The position numbers and the translations under genes are program-made. 36,708 bases of DNA from Dimargaris cristalligena (taxonomy: Eukaryota): assembly GCA_003614675.1 (NCBI GenBank), contig ML002371.1, positions 1-36,708 on the forward strand. Direction: 5' to 3'. The notes under the pieces are model-generated. The model was given only the letters and a program-made list of their open reading frames with translations. It searched no databases and was not told the DNA's origin. This document shows positions 33,735 to 36,708 of this stretch, one piece after another (position 1 is the first letter of the stretch; each line of letters opens with the position of its first letter).

Positions 33735-36708
33735 ATGGTGGAACGCCGAGCGCTTCGCCACAATAATAGTCGACCCCGGCTGCGCAACAACAAATATATC
33801 GAGGACTCCTCCAGTGCTGCGGAAGATGGGTACGACCATAATGATGATGACGTAAATCCCGACTTTGATGCCTTCGTAGATACTAATACCCCTATAAAAC
33901 GACCCCGCTTTTCGGGAATTATCACATACCGGTCTAGGAATCGGGCCGGGCCGACCCCGTCAAACGGCAGTTTCTCCCGGGGGTCTCCGGCGGTGGTACG
34001 CCCCACCCGCTACGGTCGTTCGACTACTCTACCCGCCAGTTCACCAGCCTATGACCCCCATCCAGCGGAGCCCATTGAAGTGGAATCAGATACTCCCCCT
34101 CCTCCTCCTCGTAAACAACGCCGTACTTCTCGGTCATCGGGTGCCTCTGCTTCCGCTCTTATTACGGAATTATCAACCCCTGCCGTGCGTCGGTCACCTC
34201 GCATTGGGCCACCCAGTAACGAGCGCAACTCCAATGGTTATCACCCTACCGACCCCCAACCTGTCGCTTCTACCACCACCCGGCGACCCCTCTCTGGCCA
34301 GGAGTCACCCCAGCCGATGACCCTTCGCCGGTCCCGAAAGCGGACTTCGACTATCATGTCGGATCCACCCTCCGACAGTGATAATATTGGGAAGGTGACC
34401 CCCACCCGTGCTAATATTGATGATAAGAACAAGGGCGGAGATAGTGACCAGGTGGACGCCGAATTGGATGGCCTTGATGGCGAAGGAAGGTCGGCCCGAG
34501 ATATGTCCCCTAAACCTCCATCCACGGTCTCACTCGACGATGGCCATCAGTTGGAGAGCACCGGCCCCTCATTACGGCCCCGGCGCAAGGTCGCCTTTTA
34601 CCGCGACACCGTAGCTGGCGAATCCCCAACCAATGGACAGGGATCAGGAAGTTTCCAAAGTCCGAATGTCGATCCCCAACCACCGCGCCGACGACCAATA
34701 TCCAGAGGCCGATCCACCCGCCCGGGACGCCCTGTACATAAAGCCACCCCCACCAATACAGTCGGCGTACAACCAGTGAAGCGCGGTTCCAAGTCCAATG
34801 CACCTGATACTAAAAGCGTACCTAGGTCTTCCGCACCCTACCAATTCCGAGTGCGCGATCGCCCCGTTAATTACGCCATTCCTGACTTAACTTTATCGAA
34901 CGACCCGCCTACCAGGCGATTTTCCTCCCGGTTGGATGGCGGTTCCCTTTCAGAGAGCCGTTATGAGGCCTACCTCTCTGACGAAAGTGACATCCGACCC
35001 ACCAGACCCGGCCGGCCCGCTCGGTCCTCCCGACCTGCACCCAATCACGCAAGGGCTCGGGCAGCCGGGATAACCGTTAATGGGCGCCACTCCGAAACCC
35101 AACCGGCCAATGAATACGCGGCTTTACTCGGCGAATATAACCAACTCAACCGAGGCCGTGGTCCATCAGTCGGAGGGAGTGCTGCTCGCCGTCGACGGCC
35201 CTCGGATGCCCGAATAGGAGAACGGCCGCGATTAGCAGGTGATCCCTCCGAGTCTGAGTCCGAACGCCCGGGGGAGGGATCGTCCGGTGCCCCCTTACCA
35301 CTCAATTTGCACTCCCTGGCCGGAAGCCGGGCCAATGGTTCGGATGCCACGGCCGACCGGGGGCTACCGCTACGATCACCGGGTCGCCGGGCCAACCTCT
35401 TTTCCCCATTTAAAGGCAGCGGTGGCGTTACCGGTGGACCAATGGATAGCCTGCTGCCCCAGTCGACCGCCCCCACCTCTACCCTCGAAAGTGCCGATAT
35501 TGACCCCCTCCTAGGCCAGACCCCCACCACCTTTGCCGATATCGGCGGGCTCGATCACTGTGTCCAGTCCCTCAAGGAAATGGTCATGCTGCCCCTACTG
35601 TACCCAGAGCTGTACGAACGGTTCGCCATTGCCCCACCCCGGGGAATTCTCTTCTACGGTCCGCCGGGTACGGGCAAAACCCTCATGGCCCGGGCGCTAG
35701 CCCAGAGTTGTTCCAATGAACAACAGAAAGTGGCCTTCTTTATGCGTAAGGGGGCCGACTGCCTCAGCAAGTGGGTGGGCGAAACCGAACGGCAACTGCG
35801 ACTCCTGTTTGAACAAGCGCGGGCCTGGCAACCCAGCATTATTTTCTTCGACGAAATCGATGGGATTGCGCCCGTGCGGTCGAGTAAACAGGATCAGATT
35901 CATTCGTCGATTGTGGCCACCCTGCTGGCCCTCATGGACGGCTTGGATACGCGGGGCCAGGTCGTGGTGATTGGGGCCACGAACCGCATCGACGCGGTAG
36001 ACCCCGCCCTTCGACGCCCCGGCCGGTTCGACCGCGAATTCTTCTTTCCCCTGCCCAACGCGGCCGCTCGCCAGCAAATTTTGACCATCGCTACGAAACA
36101 CTGGAAACCGCCGGTTGACCCGGCCCAACTAGCCACCCTGGTTCAGCGTACCAAGGGTTACTGCGGAGCCGACCTCAAAGCCCTCTGCACCGAAACCGCC
36201 CTACATGCCATTCGGCGCCGTTACCCGCAGGTCTACGCTAGTGCGGATAAACTGGTGGTGGACCCCCAGCAGGTGGTGGTGGCAGCCGTCGATTTCGCCC
36301 ACGCTCTGCGCCAAATTGTTCCCGCAGCTAATCGGCAGGTGAGCTCAGTCGCTTGTGAACTACCCCCTCGGTTACGGCCCCTGCTGCAGCCTTGCTTGGA
36401 GCAGGCCTCCGCCTTGATTAAAAAACAGACAGCTTGTGTTTATACGCGCCAGGCGGCACTCGCTCTGCCCGCCCTACCACCGCCGCCACCGCCAACGGCA
36501 GCAGCTACCTCTGCGTCTACGTCCAATACCGGGGCTGATTTGCACTCCATGGGGCTTGGCGACCTGGGGAACACGGATCCCCCCGTGTTCCGACCCCGCC
36601 TTCTTATCACTGGGGAACCGGGGGCGGGTCAGGCGATTATAGCTACAGCGGTACTCAGCCAATTGGACGACTGGCACGCTGTCACACTCGATCTGGCCAA
36701 ATTGCACG
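33735..36708 (+). CDS. YTA7: Yta7/ATAD2-like chromatin AAA+ ATPase (5' part, runs off the window)
   Basis: gccaccATGG start, then a long disordered N-terminus. Motifs: ADIDPL, IGGLD..SLKEMVMLPLLYPE, Walker A GPPGTGKT, FFMRKGADCLSKWVGE.ERQLRLLF, Walker B FFDEIDG, RSSKQDQIHSSIVATLLALMDG, RRPGRFDREF, and the start of a degenerate second AAA domain RLLITGEPGAGQ. It is absent from the ORF track because no stop falls in the window. Confidence 0.96.
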   Translation, partial: MVERRALRHNNSRPRLRNNKYIEDSSSAAEDGYDHNDDDVNPDFDAFVDTNTPIKRPRFSGIITYRSRNRAGPTPSNGSFSRGSPAVVRPTRYGRSTTLPASSPAYDPHPAEPIEVESDTPPPPPRKQRRTSRSSGASASALITELSTPAVRRSPRIGPPSNERNSNGYHPTDPQPVASTTTRRPLSGQESPQPMTLRRSRKRTSTIMSDPPSDSDNIGKVTPTRANIDDKNKGGDSDQVDAELDGLDGEGRSARDMSPKPPSTVSLDDGHQLESTGPSLRPRRKVAFYRDTVAGESPTNGQGSGSFQSPNVDPQPPRRRPISRGRSTRPGRPVHKATPTNTVGVQPVKRGSKSNAPDTKSVPRSSAPYQFRVRDRPVNYAIPDLTLSNDPPTRRFSSRLDGGSLSESRYEAYLSDESDIRPTRPGRPARSSRPAPNHARARAAGITVNGRHSETQPANEYAALLGEYNQLNRGRGPSVGGSAARRRRPSDARIGERPRLAGDPSESESERPGEGSSGAPLPLNLHSLAGSRANGSDATADRGLPLRSPGRRANLFSPFKGSGGVTGGPMDSLLPQSTAPTSTLESADIDPLLGQTPTTFADIGGLDHCVQSLKEMVMLPLLYPELYERFAIAPPRGILFYGPPGTGKTLMARALAQSCSNEQQKVAFFMRKGADCLSKWVGETERQLRLLFEQARAWQPSIIFFDEIDGIAPVRSSKQDQIHSSIVATLLALMDGLDTRGQVVVIGATNRIDAVDPALRRPGRFDREFFFPLPNAAARQQILTIATKHWKPPVDPAQLATLVQRTKGYCGADLKALCTETALHAIRRRYPQVYASADKLVVDPQQVVVAAVDFAHALRQIVPAANRQVSSVACELPPRLRPLLQPCLEQASALIKKQTACVYTRQAALALPALPPPPPPTAAATSASTSNTGADLHSMGLGDLGNTDPPVFRPRLLITGEPGAGQAIIATAVLSQLDDWHAVTLDLAKLH

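Overview
Eukaryotic (fungal) genomic DNA with GT-AG introns, CTAAC/CTAAT branch points and the standard genetic code. The gene set and divergence suggest an early-diverging, Zoopagomycota-like fungus; this is inference and cannot be proven from the window. I reconstruct 10 protein-coding genes and one tRNA, in order: sterol O-acyltransferase (ARE/ACAT, -); YIL108W-type zinc metallopeptidase with a jacalin-like C-terminus (-); 6-exon QTRT2 (+); intronless SEC23 (+); a secreted lysozyme/GH19-like protein (+); a 2-exon inositol polyphosphate kinase with a signal-peptide-like N-terminal extension (+); a 2-exon prion-like low-complexity protein (-); tRNA-Gln(UUG); 4-exon DPH4/JJJ3 (-), which the ORF track essentially misses; 11-exon TFIIE-alpha (+); and the 5' part of a YTA7/ATAD2 AAA ATPase (+, runs off the window). 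A probable decayed LRR-like pseudogene lies at about 4.1-5.6 kb. I found no CRISPR array, intact transposon or biosynthetic cluster. The best leads are the possibly secreted or membrane-anchored IP kinase, the neighbouring secreted GH19-like enzyme, and the modular prion-like protein.
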